A DNA stretch of 64,000 bases. Origin: Dimorphilus gyrociliatus. Taxonomy: Eukaryota > Animalia > Annelida. Shown here one piece after another: positions 40,101 to 55,400 of the stretch (position 1 is its first letter; each line of letters starts with the position of its first letter). The stretch spans positions 1,689,700-1,753,699 of the forward strand of contig CAJFCJ010000019.1 in NCBI GenBank assembly GCA_904063045.1, written 5' to 3'. The notes beneath the pieces are model-generated. The model made no database searches, was not told the DNA's origin, and saw only the letters and a list, made by a program, of their open reading frames with translations. Position numbers and translations under genes: made by a program.

Positions 40101-43100
40101 TTGTTTGAGGCCTCTTCATCTCTTCCGTAATCAGGATTGGCGGCCAAGTCTTTTTTCTCTTTTAACCAATTTCCTGCTTCAGCAGCATTATTTTGCCATT
40201 CTTCTCTCTTCGTTGCTGTTTCGACAAGTTCTTTCCTGTCATGTGTTGAGTTCTTTAGTTTATTCCATTCATTCATAACATTGTTCGATTTCGCTTCAAT
40301 TTCAGTTGATTTGGGATGATTGTCCTTAACTAAGACTGTCCCCGTTTCAATCACTTTTTCTAGATGAGGCTGGTGTGCTAACATTTCAGATTCAAGAGCA
40401 ATCTGCTTTTGTTGAGCTTTTTGCACTTCCACTAAACTCTTACCAAAGTCTCTTGAAGTTGCCAGTGGTTTATGTTCCTCAATCCATTGCAATTCGCCAT
40501 CAGCGTCAAACAAAAACTGATAAAAGGCCAAAGATTCCTCAAGTTTCATTCGTCTTTCTGCCATTGGAACTTGAAGTGCATCGAATCGTTTATTAAAGTT
40601 TTCAACATCTTTAAGAATGGTAGCAGCATCAAAATGCCCCGCTTCGGCTAGCTCTCTTCCCTGAGTGGCAATTTCTCTTAATTTTACGGCTGCAACTTCC
40701 ATATCGTGTTCAAGACCATGATGTTGTTGTAGTAAATCTCTAACACTTCTTAAATCTTGCCCGATATCGTCATTAGCAATGAGACGCTCCATTCGCTCTA
40801 ACTGACCCAAAGCGTCTTCCAAAGCTTGATTAAATAATTGCTGCTGTGCAGCTTGGCGTAGTTTTGTTCCTTTATCATCTATGGCTAGTTCTAGATTTCT
40901 CCATTTATCAATTACATCATCCATTCGTTCATTGACGTCCTTCTTACAGGAAGGTTTTCTTTTGACAATTTTTTTAGCTGTATCTTCTAAATTTGTTAGT
41001 TGTGAAGCATTAGCTTTCACTTCAGCCTCCACTGCCGCGTGTCTTTGAACTTTTGGAAGGAGATTTTTCAACTCTCTCCATGAGTCGTCTTTGGCAACAA
41101 CTTCCTTCTCGCCTATCCATTCACATAGCTCATCAGCGGCCCTGACCCATTCAAAGTATTCGAGGGAAGCTTCTAGTTGCTCTCTTCGGTTGGCACATTT
41201 GTCACTGACGCGAGCGCGTCCAGCTAGTAAATTATCTCTTCTTTCCTTTATGGCTTCAGCATCTGGATGACCTTCTGCTATTAATTTGTCAGCTATTTTG
41301 GCAACTTCGTTGGCTTTTTCGTTTTGAGCATTTAAGATTTCTTCAAATTCTTTGTGACGTTTGAGTAAAGCCTCAACAGATGCAACATCGTGACCCAAGT
41401 CATTAAATTCAAGGAAAGCTTCGTTTGCGGCAGTCAAAGATTCTATTTGATCAGCGTCTTTATTCAGCATTTGCAAAGCAAGGGCATCTCGTAAGTCCTT
41501 ATCTTTTGCTTCCCATGCTTCACGAAGATTGGCTAATTCTTCTTCCATTCTGGCTAGTTCCTCTCTTACTCCTGGAGCGTCGGGTCGTTCAGCTAAAATT
41601 GCTTGAGCTCGCAATCTTGCTTTCTCAACTTTATCAGCATAGGCATCAATTTCTGCTTTAGTATCGGCATGCTCTTTCAACATAGCCTCTGCATCTGCTG
41701 CGTCTCTAGGCTTTCGGTGATCGTTCAACTTGGTATGAATATCACTTGCGCTTTGGTCAGCCTCTTTGATGGCATCTGTTAACAACTGATCCTGAGCAGA
41801 TTCCTCCAGAACATTCCATTTTCTATTTAACTTGTCTTGCAATTCTCTCCATGGCCCCATTACCGACTGCTCTTTGGCATTTATCCAATCTTTCTCATCA
41901 GGATAGGCCGATCTTACAGATTCAGCTAATAATTGCATTTTATCAATTCTATCAGCCAGTGGTCCGGTTTCGGATTGCAGTTGTTGATGTTTTCTTTTCA
42001 ATGTTTCAAGAGACTTAGCATCATGGACTGTGCTTGGATCCATAGCATCCAAAGTGGACAATTTCTCCTTCAGCCACTCTTTTAATTCGTCACAAGTGTT
42101 ACCTAATAGCTCCAGACTAGATGCACCTTTTAGAGTTTTCTCTTTTTGTAATTTAAGCGAATTAAGTCTTTCCCATCTTAAAAAAATTGCTGTTTAATAT
42201 TTGTTTTAAAGAGAATGTTAACTGATTTACCTTTCATTGATTTTGCTTCGTCTCGAATCAATCTCACGAGCTAAAGAATGCTCTTTCGAAAGCATGGTGT
42301 CTGCCATTGTGTTTATACTGTCAAGAGTAGGTTTATTGGCAGCCATGTCGGTTATAAGAGCTTCAAATTTCATTTTAGCTTCAATAACTTTTTCTGATAA
42401 TTGCTCCTTTATTGCCAAAATTCTTTCTTTATCTGTCAACCATTTTTCAAAAGAGTCACACTCAGCACTAAATCTATAGTACAAGGCGGTATCCTCCAAC
42501 ATTCTTCGTCGTCTTCTTCCTGACGAGCATAGGCGATCGTAAGCAGAGTTAATACTTTTCTGACGAAGATCAACGTTCTCTTTGTCAAAGTGCAAATTTC
42601 CTTGAGATCGTTTCGAAGGTGTTCGTCTCAATGGTTTCACTTTTTTATGAACTTCTTTTCTCATTTCAGTTTTGGTGACAATTTGAGGAACTTTCTTCAT
42701 TACCGGCTTTTTTACTTTTCTGATAACTACCTTATCGCTTGTAACTTGAAGTCTATTTCTTGGAAAGTAACCACTTGAACCATCGATCGCACGGACATTC
42801 CACCAATCGTCGTTAGATTGGTCTAAGACCAAAACTGTATCATTTTTCTTTACAACAAGCTCATCTTTCGAATAACCGTATAGAGCAATAGCCTGCGGTA
42901 TTCTTCTCTCTTCTTCAACAACCTCTATTACTTCTTTTTCAACCATTTCTTCAACTTCGACAAGTTCAGGAACTTCAATAATTTCTTCTTCGACTTCTAC
43001 GTCATTTGCTTCAGTTATGCTCGAATATTTTGCTCGTTTATCAGGTGTACTGGCAGGGTCGTACGAGTGCTGGTTGGCCGCTTTTGTCATGAAAGCAGCT

Positions 43101-46059
43101 AAACAATTCAATCTCTCAATATCATCGGAGTAAGATTTGATCTCCTCCTCGAATCTTGCATGACGTTGTAATAATGATTTAGCACCAGCTTCATCTTTTC
43201 CATAATCGGTCGATTCAACTAAGGGTTCGATTGATCTTATCCAAGATTCTGCTTCATTGGCATCAGCATAATATTGATGACTTTCTAAGGCGTCCTCCAG
43301 TAGAGTACGTCTCGCCTTAACTAATTCTTTCAGAGTTCTCCATGTATTTTTCACCTCTCTCACTCTAGAATTAATTTCTGTGGAGCCTCTGTGGTTGCTT
43401 CGAGTTAACTCCTCTGCTACGGAATATAAATGTTCTTGGGCTCTTGGCTCCCTAGCTTGAATTTCTTTTTCATTCAATTCAAGTTTATTGATTAACCGAG
43501 TACATGCAGTTAAATCCATCCCAACGTCTCGGGATCTCATTGTTTGACATTTCTCAACCAGCCATACCTCCTCTTCTTCACAGTCTTGAAGAAATTGGAA
43601 GTATCTTCTGGCGCTTTCTAACGCTTTGCGTCGTTCAGTTGTTAAAATTTGCGTATTTTCAACTTCACGGGAGAGGGCTTCCAAACGTTTCTTAAGTAAA
43701 TTAGCCTCGTGTGTGACCTGTCGTATTATCGACTGCCCTCTCTTGTTAAGTGCTTTTGACCTACTTGAAATAGTGTCTAATTGAGCCTCGGAGAGCGCGT
43801 GTTTTTGTAATAAATCTTCTACAGCTACTAGGTGCCGTCCAGTATTTGTATTTTTTACAGAATTATGCACTTCTTCTAACTCAGAAAAGAGATTGTCTAT
43901 CTCTCTTAACATGGCTAACAACTCGTTAAGAGAAGATAATCCTTTTTGCTTTCTGTCAAGAGCATCTTGAAGTTGCTGCCAATTGTTTAATATTTCTTCC
44001 GTTCTATCATTTATCTCATTCTTTTTATAATAATTTTCTTTTTTCAATTCATTGCACATAACTTTCAAAGCTTCAAATCTATCCTTTCTAGCTGAGATAT
44101 CAGCAGCAACAGCTTGATGTCGTTTAACAGCTCCTTCAATATGCGTCGTTGTTTCTTGTTGAGGTGTAAGGTCAGTTATGACACCAGCCATGTCCGATAA
44201 CCAAGATTCTCTTAGAGAGGCTTTCTTGTCATATCTTATGGCGAGTTGCTCTAATCTTTGCTGTCTAATTAATTCTTCTCTCATAGCTTTCTCACGAGCA
44301 TGTTCTGCTTTGTCTAACAAATTCCAAGCACTTTCAATATCGTTTATCATCTTTCCTTCAGGAGGAACATATTGCCTTCGACCTGAAGCTTTTAGCTTGG
44401 CTTGAACATTAAAGTAGTGGGCCTCCAGCTTTCCTCTCTCTTCATATTTCATAGGCTTTTCAACCGTTCTGTACTGCTTAAAACGAGCCATTTCTTGTTG
44501 TATACCATCAAGGGAATTGGGAAAAGTATGATCAGATAGTTGTTCAATTTTTTCTCTTATCCATTCTAGTAAATTACTAACGTAAGTCTCATAACTGTCT
44601 TCCATCGTCTCCATTGCCATAAGATCCTGCATGATCTTAGCAATACGTTTACCGCCAGTTTGTTCAGATTTCATTTTTGCAAAGAAGTGGTAATAGGCCG
44701 CAACGTAAGTCATAACAGATTTCTCATCAGGCATTCTGACATCGACATCTTCAGCATCCAGTAATCTTGCTATGCCTAGTTGATTTTCAGCTGTATCGAA
44801 GGCATTGTTTAAATTGCCCATATGATCTTGAGGACTGAGTCTTTCATAATTGATAAGATCTGGTCTATGACGATGAATGAGAGCGTTGAAGCCCAAACCA
44901 TTTCTCCAGGAAGAGGTGAAATTTTCGATTTTAACACCTGGATAGCCGTCCGTTTTCCTTTGACACCATAGTAATAAAGCATCCTTAGCCGATTTTTTTT
45001 CACTGTTTTCATCATCTTCATCCTATAGATGGCGTTAGAAGTAATTAAATTTCAACTGAACTAAGAGACTATAAATATTTTGCACTTACCAGTTCAATTT
45101 CAATATCCTGGATTTGAAAACGTAAAATGATTGTCCATATAAGGCCTAGAATTAAGCTGGATTTACCATCTACTATGTCCTCGGCTCCAATATTTTCCCA
45201 ATAAACCTATATAATAAAAGAGCATGTTGACAGTTATCATTCATTGATAACTTAATTATTTAAAAGAGAAAAAAAATTGACTATTTTCTTGTAATATTGA
45301 ACGCAATGTGCCCTGAATACCACGCATATTATTAACGTGATTCATTCCGGACGCGTTTTGAACACAAATTATGAAATACTTTTCCAGTGGCCTAAGGGTT
45401 TTAAATATTTCACACAAGGTTAGTACAACATAAAACAGGCCACTATATGACTTTCCTAGTACGATTCATAAAAAATTTTTATCAAATATAAAGAATTATT
45501 CGAATGAAAAACAAAAAAAAAACAATAATGAATCAAAAACAGTGTCACAAATGATAAAAACGTCCATTGCCGATAACCATTTAAAGTAAATTATAATAAA
45601 AACGCTTCAAGCGTTGCCATAAGTTATTTAATTTCGATTATTGATTTTCTACCTCAAAAATAAACGCTTATTTCAACAGCTGTTTTAAAGCTTATCGACT
45701 TCAAACATGAAGAGTCGACGACGACGATTTTTAACAACTATCTCTATTTGTATAAATATTACATTTGTTACAAAATATGTTATATTAAGGTTGAGAGAGA
45801 TATAATAATAAAAAAAAAGAAACAAAGGCGGCTCTATTGCAATAATTATATCACATTTTCTGTTGGATAAGTGCGGTTATAAAATCACTTTATCAATCTA
45901 CACATTTATGGCACATGGTGAACAATTCTCTGTTCAAACGGTATGAAAGATGTAAAATAAAAAAACAGAGTGTTTAAATTTGAATGATATTACTTTATAA
46001 TCCAAGGTTTGGAAAAACGTTTTTACGCTTGGATAGACTATTGAATTTTTATGAAAGAG

Positions 46060-46090
<31 letters not shown>

Positions 46091-47365
46091 AGTATTGAAT
46101 GATACCGTGACTTATCAAGTCGTCATGTCTTGTAGTTTTTTTTTAATAACAACCATAAATTTATCAAAACTTATTATGTACGTGGAATAAATCTTTTTTA
46201 AGCAAGTCTATCGTTTTTAGCGTATGCTTATTGAATTTTGAACTTACCTTGGAACGTAAGTATTCGAGGCACCTGTTGACATTTTCAATTTTTTGAACAC
46301 GTAAAACTCCCTTATTCGGACGACCCAAATTATCACCAGAAATAATTTCCAGAAGCCTCAATAATAATTTACCGTCAGCCAAGTCGGTAAAGAGATCGTT
46401 TACATGTAAACCAGCCTGTAAACAGTATATTTTCAGCATGACTATTACAACGAGCAAATTATACGTTTGCACAACTAATAGGCATTAATCAGTTGCGTAC
46501 CGTAATAATTATTATTCGATTTGTTTACGTATAAATTTTAAATGACTTATAGGGAAAAAAGCCGAGAGGGAAGAATTAGAGTATGCACCTATATTAATAC
46601 CTTTGATAGATTGTAACTGTTATGGTTCTATAAAAAAAGGAATCAAAAACGTTAAAGTATTAATGAAATAAGCTGAAATCACCATCGGAAAACAATAAAG
46701 CGTGCCATAATTAGCCGGTAAAAAAGGTTAGTGAAAGAGAAACTTGCAAGTGTAGCGAATTTAGAAACATCGTGTTTTGCATGCGCTCTCACTTTATCCA
46801 AAAAAGAGTTACACCATTTCGTAAATGTCTTTTTCTGAATTTCGATACGTTCGGCTTTCAAAACTTCTATTCTACTCTTCTCAAATTTAGCAGTTGCGGA
46901 TGGGCTTTCGCTACTTCGATATGAGTTGAACTTTTGTTCACGTTCCTCACTATATCGACTTCGACTAGGTGACGTAACATCCCTGAACCTGGAAGAATTG
47001 ACAGGTTCTGGTAAATAGCCTCCCGTATACTCGGTAAATTTCGGTTTATGATCTCTGGGAGATAAGCCCGCACCATCTGTTGAATGGGATCCATCAAACG
47101 ATGTGTTAGGAGAGTGGGCTGGGACGCGTTTTTCTCTTGGCCGTATAGCTGCATTCATACCTGCGTCAAGCGAGGTATGCCTAGGTTGATTTTCCCTTAT
47201 TCGATTCATCGGGTCAATGGAAACTGATGCCCTTTGTTGTTCGGTTTTTATTCTGGGCGCTGTAACGGGGGGTGTCTGAAAAGAGGAGCGAGTCCTCGGT
47301 ACTGTTGGCGGTTGATATCTTCCAGGTGAATATCCATCGTTATCCTGCCGTTGTCTGTACGACAT
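31126..47365 (-). CDS. SPTBN5: Beta-heavy spectrin (karst/sma-1/SPTBN5 type)
   Basis: Tandem CH domains ([38 protein letters not shown]), a long run of spectrin repeats, an internal SH3 (ALYGY...DWWNV...GYFP) typical of beta-H, a PH domain (32999-33300) and the tail [18 protein letters not shown]. Confidence 0.95.
46067..46090. repeat. (CT)12 microsatellite in a beta-H spectrin intron
   Basis: Directly visible. Confidence 0.9.
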
Positions 47366-48975
47366 CTCCCTTTAAAGTTCCGAGTTGATTACTACTGTAA
47401 AATGAAAAAGAAAAAAAAAACGTAACAAATATAAATAATGTAGATATTTATTGGAGTAAAAAAAAAAGCACTATCAATCCTTTATCAAAGAAAATATGTA
47501 AATTAATTACAATAAATCATAGTAAATATACCTTATTCTAGCAATTGCAATGTATATATAACAATTGAAAAATTTAGTTTATTTTATAAAAAGACAATTT
47601 TAAAGGACGAAGGGGAAAAAAATTAGGTTGGTTACTTTCAACATTCAACCAAAAAAAGACAAGTTTAAAACAAATATTTAAAGTATGCAACATATTCAAA
47701 GTCTATTGATCGAACAAAAAAGTTATCTTGCCGAATTTATTAGTTACAATGCGAAAATTTTTCATGATAAAAATATTAATGAGGACCAGAATAGAGAAAC
47801 AAACAAAACTTGGTAGTTATTAAGAATTAGTTTATTAATAGACCTTAATAAGACAGCTGATAAATGCTTACCACTTTTAGATAAGTCAAGATCAATTAAC
47901 TTTTGAAGCTGAATATTTTACATACGTTCATATATGCCTACAACGAGTACAGGTAAATAAAAACTATCAATAGTTTGGAACAAAATCGAATAATATTGAT
48001 TGACGCTCACTGAGCTTCCTTTATTCGAAGCTCAATCTAAATGCTGTTTCCCCGAGTGGAGATATTTAAGAACAGTTTTTTTCTTGTTGTCTAACTAACT
48101 GTCTAACGGTAAGTTTAAACCAACTTGTATACAGCTATCTATTTTATCTTTCATATGCGTATGGTTTGTATATAAGGACTGTAAAAAAAAAAACACTATC
48201 CGTATTGAGTACAAGATGCGTCTAATGTACAGCAGACATGGGAAATATAACCCCTTCAACAGACCGTTCTCAGTTCGAATGAATCATCCAACATCGACAG
48301 AAGTCCATATATAGAAAAATTATTAGTAGTTAATTCACTATTAATAATTTCCGTCTCGACTGCCGTGCAGTACAAGTTTCCGGTACGACAGTTATGTAAA
48401 TAGATTAGAATAGGACGGATTTTTTTTTAACAATATTATAAAAAAAACGATTCACGTGAAGAATTCTACTCATAGTCCTATCTTCTTATTTAAAGGTGTA
48501 CTATGCAAAGAATTTTATGGCTCATAATGAATAGGGAGAATTCAGAGAGTTTTTTTCGAACTAAATAAAAGATTTCATGTTTCCTTTCAAATACTTTCAC
48601 ACTGACGTTGACCTACTCAAGCCAAAACAAAAAAGTTCAATTAAAACTGTTAAGCTCAAAACAAACAAATTCAAACTACCTTACTTGTAATCAAATCCTG
48701 TATTTTTACCAACCGTATATTGATAACAGAAAAAAAACCGGGCTATAGCGATAAAGACAGAATAATATAGAACACGCCCTCTACGAAAAAAACCCGGGTC
48801 CGAAATTGGTAAAACCACTAAATTTTAGGGTAAAATCAATAAGAAAACTTACTGTTAAATCGTAAAAAGTTTTTTGCTTGAGTTGTCACAACGTATCCAC
48901 TTCTTGAAAATTCTTATGAGATTATCGTATTTTTTTTACGTTTGAATCTTTCTGTTCAAGCAGCGACAGTTTCAT

Positions 48976-49059
48976 AAGATGGCCGCTTTTTTTGGCCGTC
49001 TGCTATTTCTCATTTGAGCCAACACTGCCCTCTATCGTAGGTTTAAGTGTTGCCATCTT
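48976..49059. promoter_or_regulatory. Two oppositely oriented YY1-like motifs, possibly in the beta-H spectrin promoter
   Basis: AAGATGGCCGC at 48976-48986 and GCCATCTT at 49052-49059. A splice acceptor near 47396 just upstream of the spectrin ATG implies a non-coding 5' exon somewhere in this interval. Confidence 0.3.
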
Positions 49060-49471
49060 ACGACGCACCTAGCATTTTACCTTTTAAGGTCAGTCAGTGT
49101 AAAATAGTAATAAGACCCGAACCAGTTTCTTTCTTTATTTAAGAGGTAATTTGATAAGCATCAGTATGTTACACTTATAATCTTTAAGTAAACAACCACG
49201 TGTTATTCTTAAATATAGACAGCCTAAAATTGATGACAAATGTACACATTTACATATTAAATATAACTTAAAGGATACATTTTGTTTTCCTCTACACCAG
49301 AAGTTTTTTGTTAGACAAAAACCTAAGAATTCAAACTATCGTCCTGTCAATTAAATCTAAAAAAAACTTAACGAAAATACTATAAATAATTAAAGATAAC
49401 TTTATTATGAATATTTGAAAATATCAATAAACTATAGAATCACTTAGGGAAAATTATGACTAGAATAAATT

Positions 49472-52400
49472 TCATCTCCAGGTATTGGATAATAAGCTAA
49501 CAAAATAAAAGTACTCGTTTGAATTGTCACGAGATAATTGCTGAGAATTTGTAGGAAGATAATCTTGTAAGATATTTAAATATCCTTTTCCAATTACCAC
49601 TACAGCTTCATTTTCTTTTAACGGTAGTAAAGGCAGAACACATTTTATCGGATTTTCACCTAATGTCTTTATGATACTAATATTTCTTAAAGTATTTTTT
49701 TCGGATATTAGGAGTTTCCCATCCATTAAACCTATATATAAATAGTTGCCGACTGCTGTCAAACATGAGACTGCTGAATCATTTCCAGCTGTTTTTTCTA
49801 TATCGAGACTGCAACTAATAATCTTTTTATGCAAATCCCACCTATAAACAAACTTTGCCGAGGATAAACATGTCCAAATGCCATCTGGAGATGATGATGC
49901 TATTAACTTAATGTTCTCCTTAGAATCGTGTCGGAATGTTTGCGCACCAGATTTATCTCTTAAACTCCATACGCTCATTTTACCTTCAGAATGACCGCAG
50001 AATAAATGTGAATGTTGTTGCTCATCAATTAATACGTTCATTTTCAAAATTTGTCTTCCGCTCCCAGTGCATCGAGAGCGAATAGGTGAAAATTTTGCGC
50101 TACTCAATCTCTCCGAGATGTCGGAGGTGCACACGAAAATTCGACCAGAGTCAAATACGAGGTAAACGGCTTTTTCAACAGAATCATGAACGATTGTAGA
50201 ACAGAATTGAGAATCGTCAGGTGTAAAAGAGTAGACTTTTTCATGAGTGACTTGACAATATATATCAATAACACCTGTTTTAAATGCTATCCATACATCT
50301 GTTTCAGTGGTACACATCGAGACAGGTTGACTGTCAACAGACCAATGCTAACAAAATATAAAGACGTTGTTATGTCTTTTTTGTTTGAACAATAAATATA
50401 AGATCTTACCCTTAACCCATAGCATTCATGGCCTTCGTAGGTAACTACAGTCACTTCCCAATCATTAGTTTCTGTTAAATTTGACATCCATATTTGCGAT
50501 ATGTCATCACTTTCTCCTGTTAAAATATTATTGATACTTATTAGATTTTTAATTGGGAACAAAAAGAAAATTGTTTTACCATAGCTATCTATCTTTTGAA
50601 CTTGAGTGACACTGATAAAACCAATGTCATTACATTTAGGAAACTTTACAACGTTTCTGACGTGTGAAAATTCTGATGAATCGGCAATATCAACAATATT
50701 TTTGGCTGAAGGTCTGTCGGTTGGATCTTGACTCCAACACAGAGCCATTAAGTCCAGTAAGTAAGTTGGATATATTAAATCAGCTGGTGATAAACTTGGT
50801 CTACCCCCAGACAATATGTGACCTTTTAGATTTGCTGATATTAACTCAGAATTTCCATCTAAGAAAGGTTGCTTCAAAGCAATTAGTTCATATAGAAACA
50901 TGCCAAAAGAAAAACAGTCGACTTTTTCCGTATAGGATTCTTCTCCGTTATGTCTTATTATTTCTGGAGCAATAAATGGGGGAGTTCCCGCCAAGCCTTT
51001 TGTTCCTGATGCAAGAATAGCTCTACTTACACCATAATCAGCCAATTTCACATGAACAGGACAGATCAAGGTTTGTGGATCAGGTATAGACCAAACTAGA
51101 ACATTCTCTGATTTTAAATCGCGATAAATTATCTGGCAGGAATGTAAATACTGTAAAGCAGATGCAGTTTGAGTGATTATTCTCTTTATAACATGGACAG
51201 GTAAGCGACATCCAGCTCGTTTGAATAATTGTAGAATGTTGTTCAGTGAACCTCTTGGTGCTAAACTTAGACAAAGGCATAGAGGACGCACAGCAATTCC
51301 GATTAAAGGAACAATATTATTGTGACGAAGACTCAATAAAATACTCAATTCTTTCCTTGCGTTTAAATATGCATCACAAGCACATTTTATGGGCTCCTTT
51401 GTCCATCTGGCCTTTTCCATCTGTTAAATGAAAAAAGGTGTTGCAAAAATAACTGTTCAGCTATATTTAACAACTGTATTACTTCATATTGGCGTCTAAT
51501 ACTCTTTGACACATTTGGTCCTGGATCAACAGGTTGCAACATCTTCATGGCCACATCAGCTTGTTTATGACTCTTCTGTTAAAGAGAGACAAAAAATAGC
51601 ACTTAAAATTAATATTTAATGCACGAAAGATTAACGAGATTAAACAAACCTTATCAAAAACTTTTCCTGAGTATACAGCTCCGAATGCACCCCTACCGAG
51701 AAATTCTTCTCGAACCATTTGATCGTGATCGATCCTATTTTCATTGGGGACATCTTGAAATACCTATGGATATACAGTACTTAGCATTTTCTATTTAATA
51801 AAATGAAATTTCCCCTATTTTTGTTAGTAAAATATAAAAAGCAGCAGAAAATATAAAAGAAATTCAGAGAGAAAAATGATCAGATTTCAGATTAACTAAA
51901 AAAAGGCTATGTACCACATCAGATGCGACATGCTCCGATTGAACGTATCCATCATTAGAAGCAACAAAAGTTGGTCCCAGATTGCCATGCTGTGGGCAGT
52001 AAACAATTCGATCGTGTTGAGAGGCATGCACGCAGTGCTCAAATAAATGCGCATATACGCTTCGTTTGTGCTCTTCGCGCCGTAAGCCACCTCGCCACCT
52101 GATTGAATAAGTTTTTTGTTTCTAATATTAGCAACATTTACAAATTCTACTATAAGATATTTATATATAATTTATATTATATTATCTTTCTATTGTTTAC
52201 AAACTATAAGAATTGTTAATAAACCACTAAACAAGTTATATATGCTAAGTATAGATACATTTTATGTTAATTATTATCCTCCTTAATCTAAATTATTTAA
52301 ACTAGGCAAACTATTTAGCTGATTTTTTATCTCTTCTAAGATCTAAATAATAAATATTGTAAACATAACACCTCAATTAATCCTACCATCCGAATAAAAA

Positions 52401-55400
52401 AATAATTACGTTTGAGAGAGAGAGAATAGAAGCGAAGCGAATCATTAAAGATAATAGGAAATGTAAGCAATAAAAAAATTTTCTCCATAAAAGAAAATTC
52501 CTACCAAATCATATGTGGATAATTGACAGCCTTCATTGCTTCCTACTAGTTTTAATAGACCGTGAAAGGGGCATTCGGTCTCTTTAAAACCGAAGTTAAT
52601 CATAACAATTGCTTGCTCTATTGTATGAGCATATAAGTAGCGCTTTTGCGTATCTAACTGGCTGAAAATTGTATTATTATCTTTCAAAATTGAGTGAATA
52701 TATCATATATTTATTTATATATATTATTAAAAGTTAATATACATACCCCAGATATTCAGCTGCCTTGTTATATGTATTAGAAACTCTACTAACTCCAGTT
52801 TTTACTACTGATTGAACCCACTCCGCACTTCCTATTGCTGGTGCCGATCCTACTATGGGTTCTACTATATCGTCCAAATACATATCGCTCATAGGATCAT
52901 AGCTAGCGGCTAGTTTCCTTTGTTGATCTTTTGTTTGAATAAAGATGGGTCGACTGCTGACATGACCTTGGGATGTTGTTAAAAGTTGCCAACAGTCCTT
53001 TGCGTCAGCTTCGCGCTGCTGATGGACTTGTTGAAGAATACATCTTGGACAAGGTATAAGGCGCGTAATCAGGTACATTCCTTGGGTATTTTGAACTAAT
53101 CTTGAACCTAAGTCAGGGTACCAATCTTCTAATAAAGTATCTAAATGATCGACTAGTTTTGCCAATAGTGATGAAACAGCCTGAGAATCTGGATAAAGAA
53201 AACCATAAACGTCTTCGTCTAATTCCTCTCTTTCAAATGATGGACTCTGTATAGGAGATCGTTTTGTTCCAATTTTGAGACACTCGTTAGGAATGAAAAC
53301 TTCTAATATTGAACTAGTGGATAAGTCAACTGGCCGCCATTCAACATCGGAATCAGGATGAATAAGCAAATGACAGCGTCTATAATCGCACAGTGTCGTC
53401 GATTCGGATGTAACTTCTTTAACTCTAGCAACAGCCACTCCATAATAGTAAATTTCTATACCGGTTTGCCAACATTTCCATTCAGGAGATCTAAGAGATC
53501 CGTTTTCAGAACAGCTGAGTCTTTTAATAATATCATCCTCAAGAGTTTGAGGATATATACTTTGAATAACTGAATAGAAACTAGAATCAGCTAACAGCCT
53601 AGTAATTAATCTTGGCCAAAACCCGCTTGGGAAATAAGACATCAAGTATAATCGACAAATAGCCATTACCGGATTTTCATTTGTAAATACTTGAAGGGTA
53701 TCAGATTTGCTGGCTGCTTCAGTGGATTCAACTGATTCGGCTGAACTTTTTGACACATTATCAACTTCTTCTCGCGGCTTTTTGTAAAAAGTTGAATTAC
53801 CGCAATAGTATGGAGATTCTGGTAGGACATAGCCAGCTTGTTGCGATGGTTCAACTATTCTTGCTTTCTGTTCGGAACCTCCCTTTATAGGAATCTAATG
53901 AGAGAGAATCAGAAGATTAAATAAAATCAATAAAGGATATATAATAAATAATTAATATACTCTGATATCGGTAAATGGTAAATCGCACTGAACATCTTTC
54001 TCCTTAGGCAATAGAGATGGAATAAGAAGATTGTTGTCATCCCATAGAAGTGCAACTTCAAATTTACTTAATAAGTCCATAACATACACTTTAATATCTT
54101 GTGGTTTAAAAGCTGAGTTTTTAAATAACACTTGAATATCAGATATTTTCATAACTCCGCATTTAGATAATCTATTAATTTCTCTCACTGTTACTATATT
54201 TGCCAAAACATCACATAGCCATTGAGGATCCAAAAAGTATATATTTTGGAGGTTAGCATCATCATAATGCAATATTACGCCTATTTTAATTAAAGAAAGC
54301 AAAGTATTTTTGAATTGAAGTATTTCCAATAAAAAAGAATTTATTCTTACCATTTTCATGAAGAAACTGAGTAGCTTGATTTAATTCAGAAAGATCGTCA
54401 AAAGATTTCTTCTTTTGTTCATTTAATTTTTGCATAACTAACGGACTGTGGAAAAATAGAAAAATATGAATAAACTCATAATAAAGACTTCATTTTTATC
54501 AATACAAACTGATATTGATCAGCATGCAATACTGGATCTAAGCCTTCATTCTTTCTATCTTGAGCAATAGCATGAACAGCATCTTGTAAATGCAGATAGC
54601 TTGCTGGAATCTTTTGTTCAATTAACCGAACACCCTTTGAACCAGGAACCCTCTCTTCTGTTACAATTCTCCAAATTAAATTGTACAACTCATCCATACT
54701 TTTTTTATGTTTTCTACAAGCCACAACTTCTACCCTACCCAAAACTCTGGGTAGGCCATATTTTTCTTGCTCTACAACATCAACATATCGTTTATGGATA
54801 TCTTCTCGGAGAGCTTCTAAAATTATCTTTGATCTTCTTGTGTCATGTTGTTGCATAAATTTATCCAAATGAGTTCCGACAATAATAACTGGTGAATTAG
54901 GTGCTCGCGCCTGATAATATTTTAATAAATATTGGTAATTTAGCATATTTAAGTTTAAAATTACCTGTATGTTGACAAGCCATTGATTTAGATCATTAAT
55001 GCCTTGTTCACCATCAGTTACTTTCCATATAACTAAATATAGTGATCTTTTCGTGAGGAAATACTGATGTGTAGCATAATATTCTTGCTATTTTTAAATC
55101 AAAATGAATATACTAAGTATTAAACAAATTGGAAATGCGTGTTAACCTGGCCACCAAAATCCCATGTTGATAGCACTATTGAAGTACCATTCTTGGAAAA
55201 AGTTAGTTGTCCAATATCTATACCAACAGTTGATAAATTTTCTCCCTTAAAGCTTTTAGCATCTGTCATTCCCATTCTCTCTTGCCAACTCTAAAATTAA
55301 AATAATTCATATTTGAAGTGTAAAGTTAAATTAATAGAACCGAAGCGTCACATTATAACCATAATTCAATGGAGAAAATCAGATATTAGATTGTAAATTT

